The notes under the pieces are model-generated. The model saw nothing but the letters and a program-made list of their open reading frames with translations. It had not been told where the DNA came from and made no database searches. Positions 33,376 to 44,296 of a stretch of 64,000 nucleotides of DNA are shown piece after piece. The stretch covers positions 192,001 to 256,000 of the forward strand of contig CAVVOP010000021.1 of the NCBI GenBank assembly GCA_963749915.1. The letters run 5' to 3'. The stretch comes from an uncultured cyanobacterium (lineage in GTDB: Bacteria; Cyanobacteriota; Cyanobacteriia; Cyanobacteriales; Cyanobacteriaceae). A program made the translations under genes and the position numbers. How positions within the stretch are numbered: the first letter of the stretch is position 1; every line of letters begins with the position of its first letter.

Positions 33376-33843
33376 ATGACCACTTCTGACTTGACATCCG
33401 AAGATTTACAAACAGATTTTAATAGTTTGGATTTGCCCAAGAATAGCCATAAGGATGAAATTGAAACTGTCATCTATAGCTTAGAAGAAAATGACAGTGC
33501 TATGGTACAAGCTAGTGAAGACGGCTATGTTTGGAAGTTTCAATATGGTACAGTAGAAGTCTTTGTACAATTAACGGGAGAAAGTGACGAAGATTTATTG
33601 ACCGTATGGGGAATAGTATTACCTTTACCTGTGAAAAATGAGCTTCAGTTATTGCGCAAATTAATGGAATTGAATTGGAGTGGTACCTTTGAAACTTGTT
33701 TTGCGATATTTAATAATCAAATAGTAGTTTCTACCCAACGCACAGCAGATGATCTTTCTCCGGCGGAGATTTCCCGTGCTATAACATTAGTAGCGACGAT
33801 CGCTGATGAATATGACGAAATATTACGAGCAGAATATCTGTAA
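33376..33843 (+). CDS. YbjN-domain protein
   Basis: WKFQYGTVEVFVQLTG, LSPAEISRAITLVATIADEYDE. Confidence 0.75.
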   Translation: MTTSDLTSEDLQTDFNSLDLPKNSHKDEIETVIYSLEENDSAMVQASEDGYVWKFQYGTVEVFVQLTGESDEDLLTVWGIVLPLPVKNELQLLRKLMELNWSGTFETCFAIFNNQIVVSTQRTADDLSPAEISRAITLVATIADEYDEILRAEYL

Positions 33844-34042
33844 CTCAGATTGTCTACCCAGAGGGTAAATCTTTGGTGAGGTGAGGGAAGGGATAATCGA
33901 CAATCCGTAGATAATAGTTAGTAAATGTGACTTTAACAATATCGGAATTGATTGTTTCCACTTTTTCTCTGTGTTTTTTTTGTATTTCTGCGGGATCTGA
34001 GGGTAAAATTAAGAAGAAAACTTATAATCTTAATTTTTCACC

Positions 34043-34561
34043 GTGACTTCATTGTCCCAGGCAGAATTTAAACAAAAATACCAAAGTGGTAAATTAGCTT
34101 TTGAAAGAGGACGTTATCGTTTTAGTATTGAACAATTAGAACAGGCTAGTAAACTTGTCTCTCCTTATTCTCAGCTGGGGGGAGAGGTGAAGTTCTGGTT
34201 AGCGAATGCTTATGAGGCGGCAGGAGAATCAGAACAGGCCATCGAATTGTGTCGAGAATTATCGACTCATCCTCACGGAGAAACGAAACGACAAGCCAAA
34301 ACATTACTTTATATCATCAATGCCCCCAAATTAGTGCGCCCGAAAGAGTGGATGACAGAAATCCCCGATCTTAACCATGCTTCTGTCAGTGCTAGTAAAT
34401 ATACAAAAGCGAGTACCCCCAATCGCCAAATAAAACCAAAACGACAAATTGAGTTAGTGGATTTAAGTGCAGTTAACACTAAAGACAATCAATTCATTTG
34501 GCTAAGTCTGGGTATTACTAGTATGACGATCGTTTGTTTGTTTATTATTCAAGGAAGTTAA
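34043..34561 (+). CDS. TPR-like protein with C-terminal TM helix
   Basis: GKLAFERGRY, WLANAYEAAG; hydrophobic C-terminus. Confidence 0.7.
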   Translation: MTSLSQAEFKQKYQSGKLAFERGRYRFSIEQLEQASKLVSPYSQLGGEVKFWLANAYEAAGESEQAIELCRELSTHPHGETKRQAKTLLYIINAPKLVRPKEWMTEIPDLNHASVSASKYTKASTPNRQIKPKRQIELVDLSAVNTKDNQFIWLSLGITSMTIVCLFIIQGS

Positions 34562-34596
34562 ATTACCCGAAGGTATGCAGTTCAGAAGGAGTATCA

Positions 34597-35721
34597 ATGA
34601 AAATCAACTTAGTTTCGCCTAAATTTTTTAGTTTTGTTTTTATTGTCGTCATTTTTTTACTCGCCAACCTTTTTGCCACAGCAGGACTAAACTCTAATGC
34701 TTTGGCGGCTGAGGGTTATGACTACAAATTAGAATGCGGCAATGTCAATCGCACTTCGCCCCAACCAACTCCGGCAATTATGTTGATTGGCGGAGCCGAA
34801 AGTGACACGGAAGGGGAAAATGATGCTACTGGCTGGTTTCTCCAACGAGCAGATGGGGGAGATTACCTAGTACTTCGCTATGGCGAGGTTCGTACTCAAG
34901 CCAAGTGGATCTGCGATAATTACGATTCTTTAGTCAGTTCGGCAGCAGAATTAGCAATTAACACAAGAGAAGCTGCTAGTGACCCAGATGTCGAGCAATA
35001 CATTCGTGACGCTGAAGCCTTGTTTATTGCTGGGGGCGATCAGAATGCTTACCAAGATACTTGGGAAGGCACCGATGTAGAAGATGCGATTAATTATCTA
35101 ATCAATGAAAAAAGGGTTCCTGTTGCTGGTACTTCTGCTGGGATGGCTATCTTAGGAGAATATTATTATGCTCCTGCCCACCGGGATGGAGTACTGAGTT
35201 CAGAAATTTTGGAAGATCCTTTTCACCCTAATACTGAGGATATCGCTCGCAGTGACTTTATTGACATCCGATTTCTCAAAAACACAATTACCGATACTCA
35301 TTTGGACCGCTTAAAACGTCCCGACTACCCTGAAACTAGATATGGCAGGATATTTGGATTTCTGGCCAGAGTGGCAGATGACAACGGGCTTCCCGCCTAT
35401 GGCATTGGTCTAGAGGAAGGAGCTTTTGTCGCTGTTGACGAAGAGGGTATTGCGAAAGTCTTTGGTAATGGCGAAAATCGGGGTTCAGATGCTTACTTTT
35501 TGCAAGCTCAGGAAATGCCAGAAAAACTTGAACGTCGCGAACCATTAATTTGGGACAGAAATGGTCAAGCAGTAAAAGTCTATCGAATTCGGGGAATTAC
35601 TGAAGGGAGCGGTAGTTTTGACTTGAATAACTGGGAAATAGCCGATGGCGGTAGCTGGGAATATTGGTTTACCATCGACGGGGCACCTGGTTTTACTCGC
35701 GATAGTTTAGGGTGTAACTAG
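34597..35721 (+). CDS. Cyanophycinase-like peptidase S51 with predicted signal peptide
   Basis: LIGGAE, FIAGGDQ, GTSAG nucleophile, DTH, GIGLEE; AAGGAG SD before ATG 34597; signal peptide ending ALA. Confidence 0.8.
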   Translation: MKINLVSPKFFSFVFIVVIFLLANLFATAGLNSNALAAEGYDYKLECGNVNRTSPQPTPAIMLIGGAESDTEGENDATGWFLQRADGGDYLVLRYGEVRTQAKWICDNYDSLVSSAAELAINTREAASDPDVEQYIRDAEALFIAGGDQNAYQDTWEGTDVEDAINYLINEKRVPVAGTSAGMAILGEYYYAPAHRDGVLSSEILEDPFHPNTEDIARSDFIDIRFLKNTITDTHLDRLKRPDYPETRYGRIFGFLARVADDNGLPAYGIGLEEGAFVAVDEEGIAKVFGNGENRGSDAYFLQAQEMPEKLERREPLIWDRNGQAVKVYRIRGITEGSGSFDLNNWEIADGGSWEYWFTIDGAPGFTRDSLGCN

Positions 35722-35752
35722 GAGGACTCAGGAGTCAGGAGTTAGGAGTCAG
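35722..35752. repeat. STRR-type heptamer tandem repeat (GGAGTCA)
   Basis: ggactca ggagtca ggagtta ggagtca. Confidence 0.7.
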
Positions 35753-35915
35753 AAAGGCTTCATCTAATCAGAATAATTAAAATATTTAGGATAATAGGAG
35801 TATAAATTTGTGGAGAGGTCTAATAATTAAATCCTTTATCACCAAGTATTTTTGCCCAAAAAACTAAACTATAATAGGTTTAATAAGAAGAAATATATAG
35901 AGGGGAAATAATTTT

Positions 35916-37643
35916 ATGGTGACAACTCCTATTAAAACGACTCAGCGTCTGACGACCCAAGTAGAAGTTATTGCCCCAGATACTACGGCAATTCGTTCTT
36001 TGGATTGGGATCGCGATCGCTTCGATATTGAATTTGGGTTACAAAACGGAACTACTTATAACTCCTATGTAATTAAAGGAGAAAAAAATGCTTTAGTTGA
36101 CACTTCTCACCTTAAATTCAAACAACTTTATTTTGAAGTCCTTGATCAAGTTATTAATCCTCAAAATCTTGATTATCTCATTATTTCCCACACTGAGCCT
36201 GATCATAGTGGTTTAGTCAAAGATTTATTAGCCATCGCTCCTGATATTACAATTGTCGCTTCTAAAGTGGCTATTCAATTTTTAGAGGGTTTTGTCCATA
36301 CTGATTTTAAACGGCAAATTGTCAAAAATGGTGATCGCCTTGATTTGGGTAATGGTCATGTAATAGAATTTGTCAACGCCCCGAATTTACATTGGCCCGA
36401 TACTATTTTTAGTTACGATCACGGTACTAAAACTATTTTCACCTGTGACGCTTTTGGACTTCATTACTGTAGTGCGGCTCTTTATGATGAAAACCTGAGG
36501 GATATTTCCCCTGACTATCGTTTTTATTATGAGTGTTTGATGGGGCCAAATGCAAGATCCGTATTATCAGCCATGAAACGGATGTCAGAATTAGGGGAAA
36601 TTACCTTAGTGGCCAATGGTCACGGACCTATTTTAAAGCATAATATTAAGGAATTATTAGACCGTTATCAACGGTGGAGTCAGGAACAAAGTAAAGGAGA
36701 GAAAAGTGTTGCGGTGTTCTATATCTCTGATTATGGTTATAGCGATCGTCTTTCTCAAGCCATAGCCAAGGGTATTACGAAAACAGGGATAACCGTCGAA
36801 ATGATCGATATTAACGGTACAGATATTCAGGAAATCCCCGAAATTGTCGGTAAATCCGCCGGAATTGTTTTAGGGATGCCACCATTGACCGATAACAACA
36901 ACGCTCAAATTAGTAATAAAATGGGGGCAATTCTTGCCTGGGTTAACAGTAAGCAAATCGTTGGTTTATATGAATCCTACGGTGGTGACGATGAACCTAT
37001 CGATCCTCTTACTAGCAAATTGCAAGGTTTAGGTTTAACCTTGGCTTTTACCCCCATTCGCTGTAAAGATACCCCCCAGGAAACCACCTATCAATTATGT
37101 GAAGAATCAGGGGTTGACTTAGGGCAAATTTTGACCAAAAAAGCGAGTATTAAGCAAAGAAAGGCCCTTGACAGCGATTTAGATAAAGCGATCGGGCGTA
37201 TTAGTGGCGGTTTATATATTATCACAGCACAAAAAAGAGAGGCTAGTGGAGCTATGTTGGCTTCATGGGTAACACAAGCCAGTTTTGATCCTCCTGGCTT
37301 TACTGTTGCAGTGGCAAAAGATCGAGCTATAGAGTCTTTGTTGCAAGTAGATGATACCTTTGTCTTGAACATCCTTGAAGAAGGGAAATATCAACCACTA
37401 ATGAAGCATTTTCTCAAACGATTCCCCCCCGGTGCTGATCGTTTTGCCGGGGTTAAAACCCAAAAAAGCACTAATGGATCGGCGATTTTAATTGATGCCT
37501 TAGCTTACCTAGAATGTACGGTTGTTAGTCGGATGGATTGCGGCGATCACTGGGTCGTATATAGTAAAGTTACTAATGGACGAGTGTCGAAACCTGATGC
37601 CTTAACGGCAGTACATCATCGCAAAGTTGGTAATTACTATTAA
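35916..37643 (+). CDS. flv3: Flavodiiron protein (Flv3-type)
   Basis: RSLDWDRDRFDIEFGLQNGTTYNSY, canonical HTEPDH, HWPD, flavodoxin and C-terminal flavin reductase domains. Confidence 0.8.
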   Translation: MVTTPIKTTQRLTTQVEVIAPDTTAIRSLDWDRDRFDIEFGLQNGTTYNSYVIKGEKNALVDTSHLKFKQLYFEVLDQVINPQNLDYLIISHTEPDHSGLVKDLLAIAPDITIVASKVAIQFLEGFVHTDFKRQIVKNGDRLDLGNGHVIEFVNAPNLHWPDTIFSYDHGTKTIFTCDAFGLHYCSAALYDENLRDISPDYRFYYECLMGPNARSVLSAMKRMSELGEITLVANGHGPILKHNIKELLDRYQRWSQEQSKGEKSVAVFYISDYGYSDRLSQAIAKGITKTGITVEMIDINGTDIQEIPEIVGKSAGIVLGMPPLTDNNNAQISNKMGAILAWVNSKQIVGLYESYGGDDEPIDPLTSKLQGLGLTLAFTPIRCKDTPQETTYQLCEESGVDLGQILTKKASIKQRKALDSDLDKAIGRISGGLYIITAQKREASGAMLASWVTQASFDPPGFTVAVAKDRAIESLLQVDDTFVLNILEEGKYQPLMKHFLKRFPPGADRFAGVKTQKSTNGSAILIDALAYLECTVVSRMDCGDHWVVYSKVTNGRVSKPDALTAVHHRKVGNYY

Positions 37644-37788
37644 ACCCATTTTCGTACTTCGACTTCTAATCCGAAACTAGCCTGTTTGACCCACGGAAAG
37701 TGGGATAAATCTTTACAATAGTTCTAAGTGGTTCGTCATTTTTTATTTTATGAAAAGGGTTTGAGAAAGTTTTTAAAGAGGAGATAAA

Positions 37789-39021
37789 TTGGTAGTGAAA
37801 GTTGTTATTTCTGCTTATTCATGTGAACCGGGTAAAGGTTCTGAGCGAGGCGTAGGTTGGAACGTGGCACGGGAAATTGCCAGATATCATGAGGTTTGGG
37901 TTTTGACTAGACCTGACGAGAGTAAGGACGCGATTGAAGCTGAGTTAGCGGCTAATCCTTTGCCTAATCTACACTTTGTCTACTTCACACTTCCCTTCTG
38001 GAAAGATAGTCTACGCTGGGGACAATCCGGTGCCATGCAACTTCATTATTACCTCTGGCAAGTTCAGGCATATTTTGTCGGACGAAAACTCCACCGCGAG
38101 ATCGGATTTGAAATTGTTCATCATGTTACATTTGTGCGATACTCTAGTCCTAGCTTCCTATCCCTTCTGCCAATTCCGTTTATCTGGGGTCCAGTAGGTG
38201 GTGGCGAGTCAGCTCCCTTATCTTTTTGGGCTGATTTTAGCTGGAAAAATAAGCTTTATGAGATCTTACGCTGGGCATGGCGATCCCTCGGAGAACTCGA
38301 TCCCTTTACTCGGTTGACTGTGTGGCGGAGTGCCATTGCCTATGCAACTACCAAAGACACCGAGCAACGACTTCGCCAATTAGGAGCATCCCATGTTGAG
38401 CGATTGTCCGCAATTGCCATGTCACAGCCTGAGATCGAACAACTCAGCCAGTGCCAGGCCCCAACAGGCTCTCCAGTCCGATTCATCAACATCGCCCGTC
38501 TCCTCCATTGGAAAGGTATTTACCTGGGATTGCGTGCATTTGCTCGGGCAAATCTCCCCGATGCTGAGTATTGGATTTTAGGCGAAGGTCCTGAGTCACA
38601 AAAATTACAAGCACTCACCTTAGACCTGGGTATTAGTGATCGAGTAAAGTTCTTTGGACTATTACCCCGTGAGGAGGTTCTGGTGAAGTTAGGGCAATGT
38701 TCTGCTCTAGTCCATCCTAGCCTGCATGATTCAGGAGGATGGGTACCTCTGGAGGCAATGGCATCTGGCAGACCCATTATTTGCCTAGATCTGGGTGGAT
38801 CATCAGAATTAGTCACACCGGAGACCGGGATTAAAGTTCCAGCACACACCCCTGAACAGGCGGTTGCGGATCTGGCAAAAGCAATGATTAAGCTTGCAAA
38901 AGACAAACCCCTCTGTATGCAGATGGGGAAAGCAGGACAGCAGAAAGTTAAAGATTATTATAGTTGGGAAGCAAAAGGAAAGTTGTTTGCCCACATCTAT
39001 AAGAATCTTATTAACTCTTAG
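37789..39021 (+). CDS. Glycosyltransferase family 4
   Basis: SAYSCEPGKGSE, WGPVGGGE, ARLLHWKG, HPSLHDSGGWVPLEAMASGRP. Confidence 0.9.
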   Translation: MVVKVVISAYSCEPGKGSERGVGWNVAREIARYHEVWVLTRPDESKDAIEAELAANPLPNLHFVYFTLPFWKDSLRWGQSGAMQLHYYLWQVQAYFVGRKLHREIGFEIVHHVTFVRYSSPSFLSLLPIPFIWGPVGGGESAPLSFWADFSWKNKLYEILRWAWRSLGELDPFTRLTVWRSAIAYATTKDTEQRLRQLGASHVERLSAIAMSQPEIEQLSQCQAPTGSPVRFINIARLLHWKGIYLGLRAFARANLPDAEYWILGEGPESQKLQALTLDLGISDRVKFFGLLPREEVLVKLGQCSALVHPSLHDSGGWVPLEAMASGRPIICLDLGGSSELVTPETGIKVPAHTPEQAVADLAKAMIKLAKDKPLCMQMGKAGQQKVKDYYSWEAKGKLFAHIYKNLINS

Positions 39022-39327
39022 CTAACTATAAAGAAATGTAAATAAGTATCTCGGAAAATTTAACAAGACGTAATAAACAAATGTGCCGATACAGGTTATA
39101 AACTTAAATGGAAGGTTAAACGACTTTTCAAAGACAGATTTCTTAAAGCAAATTTGTCAAAAGATTAAGTTTCTTTACAAGTGCTTAACAATAACTTTGA
39201 CTTAAGCACATAATAAGGGAAACTGATTTTGGGGAATTAAATCCCACTTCGGTTTAACTTTCTGTTGAACTGTGATTCGATTAAAAAAAAACAAACAAAA
39301 TAAACTCGATTAGGAGATTAACTAAAA

Positions 39328-39846
39328 ATGTACGACGCATTCACAAGGGTTGTTGCTCAAGCTGACGCACGTGGAGAATTCTTAAGCTCCTCTCAACTAG
39401 ATGCTTTAAGCCAAATGGTAAGTGACAGCAACAAACGTGCAGACGTAGTAAATCGTATTACCAGCAACGCTTCTGCCATCGTTACCAACGCTGCTCGTTC
39501 TTTATTTGCTGAGCAACCTCAATTAATCGCTCCTGGCGGAAATGCTTATACCAACCGTCGTATGGCAGCTTGTCTTCGTGACATGGAAATCATTTTACGT
39601 TACGTTACCTATGCTATTTTCACCGGCGATGCTTCCGTATTAGAGGATCGTTGCTTAAATGGACTTCGTGAAACCTACTTAGCCTTAGGTACTCCAGGTT
39701 CTTCCGTAGCTGTTGGTATTCAAAAAATGAAGGACGCAGCTATTGCCATCGCAAATGATACCAATAATATTACCCTCGGTGATTGTAGTTCTTTAATGGC
39801 TGAAGTTGCTACTTACTTTGATCGTGCTGCTGCTGCAGTTTCATAG
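39328..39846 (+). CDS. cpcB: C-phycocyanin beta subunit
   Basis: [32 protein letters not shown]. Confidence 0.97.
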   Translation: MYDAFTRVVAQADARGEFLSSSQLDALSQMVSDSNKRADVVNRITSNASAIVTNAARSLFAEQPQLIAPGGNAYTNRRMAACLRDMEIILRYVTYAIFTGDASVLEDRCLNGLRETYLALGTPGSSVAVGIQKMKDAAIAIANDTNNITLGDCSSLMAEVATYFDRAAAAVS

Positions 39847-39914
39847 GTATAAATGTACCAAAAAGTTAAATTTCATTTACGTAATAAAAACACAATTTAG
39901 GAGAAATAAATTCC

Positions 39915-40406
39915 ATGTCGAAAACCCCTTTAACTGAAGCAGTATCCGCAGCAGATTCTCAAGGACGTTTCTTAAGCAACACTGAATTTCAAACCGCCTT
40001 CGGTCGTTTTCGTTTAGCTTCTTCCGACTTACAAGCAGCTAAAACCTTAACCGAAAATGCACAACGTTTAGTTGATGGTGCAGCCAATGCAGTTTATAAC
40101 AAATTCCCTTACACCACCACTACCTCTGGTTCTAACTTCGCTTCCACTGCTGAAGGTAAAGCAAAATGTGCCCGTGACATCGGTTACTACCTCCGTATGG
40201 TTACCTACTGTTTAGTGGCAGGTGGAACCGGTCCTATGGATGAGTATTTAATCGCTGGTGTTGATGAAATCAACCGCACCTTTGACTTATCTCCTAGCTG
40301 GTATGTTGAAGCTTTAAAATATATCAAAGCTAATCATGGTTTAAGTGGCGATTCAGCTTTAGAAGCCAATTCTTACATCGACTACGCCATCAACGCTCTC
40401 AGCTAG
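39915..40406 (+). CDS. cpcA: C-phycocyanin alpha subunit
   Basis: [39 protein letters not shown]. Confidence 0.97.
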   Translation: MSKTPLTEAVSAADSQGRFLSNTEFQTAFGRFRLASSDLQAAKTLTENAQRLVDGAANAVYNKFPYTTTTSGSNFASTAEGKAKCARDIGYYLRMVTYCLVAGGTGPMDEYLIAGVDEINRTFDLSPSWYVEALKYIKANHGLSGDSALEANSYIDYAINALS

Positions 40407-40599
40407 TCTTCTTTTTCTACTTCAGACTAATTCTCAAAGGCTTATTCGGCTTTTGTTATCCAATACAAATCCTTGCTATTGTCAAGGTTGAAATAATACT
40501 CGTTGCCCGAGGAAATTTGCGAATACGAATTAATAAGCGTGTTTGTTGATTTTTTCGGGCAATGTTGCTTTTTGAGTGGGTGATTAGAAAGAAGAATAA

Positions 40600-41067
40600 T
40601 TGATTATTAATATTAGTCAAAAAAATATAGAAATTATTAAAAAACACGGGGAAGAATCTTATCCTCATGAGTGTTGTGGTTTATTATTGGGCACTGTCAA
40701 AAGTCAGGAAAAAATCGTTATTAAAGTTGTACAGACGGTTAACGATTGGGAGAATCAAAAATATTTATTTACTTCATTAAATACCAGATATAACAGTAGT
40801 TTAAAAGACAGTTTTTCTATTAATCCTGTTACTTTTATTGAAATACAAAAACAGGCCCGTCAAGACAACTTAAATATTATCGGCATTTATCATTCTCACC
40901 CCGACCACCCTGCTATACCTTCTAGTTTTGATCAGGCGATCGCGTGGGACATCTATTCTTATATAATTGTATCAGTCAAAAAAGGTAAAAGTACCGATTT
41001 ATTTAGTTGGGTTTTAGATAGTAACCGTAAATTTATTGAGGAAAAATTGTTAATTGCTAATTTCTAA
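40600..41067 (+). CDS. M67/Mov34 (JAB) metallopeptidase
   Basis: YPHECCGLLLG, IYHSHPDHPAIPSSFD JAMM motif. Confidence 0.9.
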   Translation: MIINISQKNIEIIKKHGEESYPHECCGLLLGTVKSQEKIVIKVVQTVNDWENQKYLFTSLNTRYNSSLKDSFSINPVTFIEIQKQARQDNLNIIGIYHSHPDHPAIPSSFDQAIAWDIYSYIIVSVKKGKSTDLFSWVLDSNRKFIEEKLLIANF

Positions 41068-41613
41068 TTAGCGCTTTTTTGGGACTCTGGGTTAGTTATA
41101 ATTAAGAAAAAAGCTTGAAATCGGGAGGTGAGTTATGGTTAAGCCACGTCCAGCTCACAAAACAATCAAATTCGTTGATCAATACTGCGAAATCTATCGA
41201 GATTTATTTCCAGAAGTGAGGACATTTGAGTGTTTTAAGTATCTACATTTGGGACTAATATCAGACCTAAAAAGAAAAACTTTACCAGCGATCGCTAAGC
41301 TATTAGGATTAGAAAATGCCGAAGGATTAGATCACTTTTTAACCAATTCACCTTGGTCAAATGAAAAAACATCCGTGGTGGGATGAGGGAAAAGGCTGGA
41401 AAAATAGCCTCAATAAATTAAGGCTATTTCTGCAACCGTTTTATTGTTTTAACTTGCTAAAACCTTGGTTATTAATGTTTTTTAAACCGAAGATAGTTAG
41501 CTCATTTTGGCGATTATTTTCCCAAATAAATCAACTCATAAATTCTATGTTGGAGAAGTTTTTTTCCTATAGTTTTTGTTTCTCTTTTACCTAAAGTTCC
41601 AGAAGAGCGCTAA
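41068..41613 (+). mobile_element. IS701-family internally deleted remnant
   Basis: Inverted ends TTAGCGCTTTTTTGGGACTCTGGGT and (reverse complement) TTAGCGCTCTTCTGGAACTTTAGGT; transposase N-terminus (FVDQYC, KRKTLPAIAK, HFLTNSPW) joined to a C-terminal fragment. Confidence 0.8.
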
Positions 41614-41701
41614 AGTGAGTAAATGCTCTTTGCTGAGATGCTTCTAAGGCTAAAGATAAGGCTTGGGTTCTCTCTTTTTTGATTAAGTTGATGAACGGCA
41701 G

Positions 41702-41741
41702 ACAAGGGGGGAAAGTGGATCTCGGTACTTTTCCCCCTTGT
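41702..41741. terminator. Stem-loop downstream of the DUF4334 gene
   Basis: ACAAGGGGGGAAAGT ... ACTTTTCCCCCTTGT. Confidence 0.55.
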
Positions 41742-41770
41742 AATAACTATTGATTGAGAAAGGAAAAGTT

Positions 41771-42313
41771 CTAAGCTGTTACTCCTGTAAGTATGAAAAA
41801 GAAGGGCTGTTTAATTTTTTTGTAATCCATTATTCCTAAAACCCTATTCTCATCAATTTTGCGGAAGGAATCGTTTATTGGTAAATAATCGTAGATCATG
41901 GTTGCTGTAACTTTACCTCGACTTTCCATCATTCGCAGTCTAGCTTGACTTTTTTCGGTTTTAAAAATGGAGTTCAGGGCAATAAATAAAGGCTTTAGCG
42001 ATGGATTATTTGGTAGAGGCATTTTCATAACCAAATCCATAGCCATAGGATTGGGATTGACTTTAAAGATTTCTCCTTTGCTATCAGTAAACAAAAGCGG
42101 ATGAACAGTTTCTGGATCTATAAATTCTTTACCATACCAGTTAGACATTTCGAGGATGCCATCCATCGGATGGTTTGTATTGATACCCTTACCCTGCCAG
42201 CGTCCCATCATAAAATCTAAATCGACTGATTCTAGGGAATCATAAAGTTTAAGGGCTTCTTCAGTGGTTGTTTGTTTAGTTTCCAAAATAGAAATGATTT
42301 CGTTATACCCCAT
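41771..42313 (-). CDS. GXWXG/DUF4334 domain protein
   Basis: GRWQG, WYGKEF, ATMIYDYLPINDSFRKID. Confidence 0.85.
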   Translation of the reverse strand: MGYNEIISILETKQTTTEEALKLYDSLESVDLDFMMGRWQGKGINTNHPMDGILEMSNWYGKEFIDPETVHPLLFTDSKGEIFKVNPNPMAMDLVMKMPLPNNPSLKPLFIALNSIFKTEKSQARLRMMESRGKVTATMIYDYLPINDSFRKIDENRVLGIMDYKKIKQPFFFILTGVTA

Positions 42314-42391
42314 TTTTATCTTGCACCTCTGTTAAAAATTTTAGAGGTAAATCCTTGATTGGATAAAGGTTTCAATTTTTATCAGCAAGCC

Positions 42392-43237
42392 CTAATTATT
42401 ACTTCCTAAAAAATTAATAATCACGGGGGAAATCTCCTTGGAAAAATGCTCTTGTGGATAGTGTTTTGCTTCTTCAAGAGGGATTAATTTAAGTTTATTG
42501 TTAGCTTTAACTAAATTTTCCACAGGTGCAAATTCTAACCAGGGATCATCTTTTCCCCAAATAATTAAACAAGGTTTTTGCCATTGCTTTAAACCCGTTT
42601 CAATTTCGTTAGTTACTTGTTTTAAGTTTAATTTTTTCACCACCGTTACTAAAGTTCTTCCAGGTAAAGATGAAGTGACAATAGGTTTACGATAAAAAGC
42701 TAAATTTTGATCAGAAATGACAAAACCTGAGCCTTTTTCTAAAGTTCGATCTACAATTAAAGGATCTTGTGTCACCATATCACCTAAGAAGGGAAAACCA
42801 CATTGAGCAATTTGCCAAGGTAATTTCGCCGAGGAAATAATAGGAGTATTTAAAATAATTAATTTATCTATTTTATCAGGATATCGCAAAGCGTATTGAA
42901 TGCCAACGGTAGCTAAAAAACCTTGTATAACTAAAGAAAATTTTTCTAATTGTAAACCCTCAATAAATCCTTTAAAAGCGTTTATATACCCGGAAGGTGT
43001 ATAGTCAAAATCCCTTTTATCAGGTTTATGAGATAATCCCCAACCTAACCAATCAGGGGCGATTCCTCGATAACCATATTCCCCTAAACTAGGCATAATT
43101 TCTAGCCAAGAAAAACTTTGAGAAAGTAAACCATGAAGTAAAATAACTGGGGTTTTATTACTCTCTTCCGTGGGTAAAACTTCTCGATAAAACCACTCTG
43201 ATGATCCAACTTTTATTTTATGTTCGTTAATAGTCAT
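42392..43237 (-). CDS. Alpha/beta hydrolase fold protein
   Basis: LLHG, APDWLGWGLS, IWGKDDPW, KHYPQEH; nucleophile position reads QG. Confidence 0.85.
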   Translation of the reverse strand: MTINEHKIKVGSSEWFYREVLPTEESNKTPVILLHGLLSQSFSWLEIMPSLGEYGYRGIAPDWLGWGLSHKPDKRDFDYTPSGYINAFKGFIEGLQLEKFSLVIQGFLATVGIQYALRYPDKIDKLIILNTPIISSAKLPWQIAQCGFPFLGDMVTQDPLIVDRTLEKGSGFVISDQNLAFYRKPIVTSSLPGRTLVTVVKKLNLKQVTNEIETGLKQWQKPCLIIWGKDDPWLEFAPVENLVKANNKLKLIPLEEAKHYPQEHFSKEISPVIINFLGSNN

Positions 43238-43317
43238 TATGATTTAATTAGTTTGATAGAAGAAAGAGTATTGAGTAAAAAAAGAAATAGTAATTATACT
43301 ATCTCTGAACTCATATG

Positions 43318-44208
43318 TTATCTATTGCCTATAAAACAAAGTGCCTGTTTATTATTGGGACAAAATTGTCGAGATACAGGATTATTATGGATATAAAGTT
43401 TCTCTAAACTTTCTAAATCCCACAAAGGTTCGATATGATTATTATCAATATTATTATTATTGAGGGATAATTCTTTTAGTTGTTTAAGGTTACTTAAAGG
43501 TTTTAAATCAGAGATATTATTATTATCCAAATATAATTCTTCTAAGTCGATTAAATTAGCGATGGGTTCTAAATCAGAGATTTTATTTTCTTTGGCATAT
43601 AATTCCTTTAAATTAGTTAACTCAGCAAGGGGCATTAAATCACTAATATTATTTTGGTTAATATACAAAGTTTTTAAATTAGCTAGAGAAGATAACGGTT
43701 GAATATTATCAATTTGATTATTACTAATATAAAGTTTTTCTAAATTAGTTAAGGAGTCAAGAGGGGTAATATCTGATATTTTATTATGACCTAAAATTAA
43801 TTTTTTTAAATTAGTCATGGATTTTAACGGGGTAATGTCACTAATTTCGTTATCGTATAAAGTCAATTCTGTGGCATTAACAAGACTAATTAAAGGACGT
43901 AAATCTGAAATACCTTTACCACTTATATTAATACCAAAAACCCTTGGTACAATTTCGGCCGCCTGTTGACAATTTTCTACTTTTAAAGCACTGACAACGG
44001 CATTAATAGTTTTTTGGGTAGCGGCTGGTAAAGATTCTTGTTGGGTACACCAATCGCTAAAACTTATGATTGATTCATTACTCTGGGCGATCGCAGAGTG
44101 GTGCTGTCCGATCACTGATGTACTTACAATAGTAGTTAATCCTAAACTGAACATTAAACTAGATTTTAATAAAGACATATTACACTCCAACATCAAAATT
44201 TTGGTCAA
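43318..44208 (-). CDS. Exported internalin-like leucine-rich repeat protein
   Basis: About eight 22-aa LxxLxLxxNxISDIxPL repeats; signal peptide. Confidence 0.9.
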   Translation of the reverse strand: MTKILMLECNMSLLKSSLMFSLGLTTIVSTSVIGQHHSAIAQSNESIISFSDWCTQQESLPAATQKTINAVVSALKVENCQQAAEIVPRVFGINISGKGISDLRPLISLVNATELTLYDNEISDITPLKSMTNLKKLILGHNKISDITPLDSLTNLEKLYISNNQIDNIQPLSSLANLKTLYINQNNISDLMPLAELTNLKELYAKENKISDLEPIANLIDLEELYLDNNNISDLKPLSNLKQLKELSLNNNNIDNNHIEPLWDLESLEKLYIHNNPVSRQFCPNNKQALCFIGNR

Positions 44209-44296
44209 AATTTATCGTCAAACGATCTTAATTCAATCTTTGACCTTTACAATAAAGATAAAATACTGACAAGACCATTTTAATCTTAATTGTGAC

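Noticed and set aside
39165..39195. HLR1/RpaB-like direct repeat in the cpcB leader (TTTACAAG-TG-CTTAACAA)
   Set aside because: Too degenerate to support in an AT-rich background
29274..41067. MoaD-like plus JAB peptidase as a ubiquitin-like or CBASS-type system
   Set aside because: The genes are 11 kb apart with no E1/E2 or cyclase; consistent with ordinary sulfur-carrier metabolism
43440..43900. 66-bp periodic DNA repeats
   Set aside because: Explained by the 22-aa leucine-rich repeats of the protein
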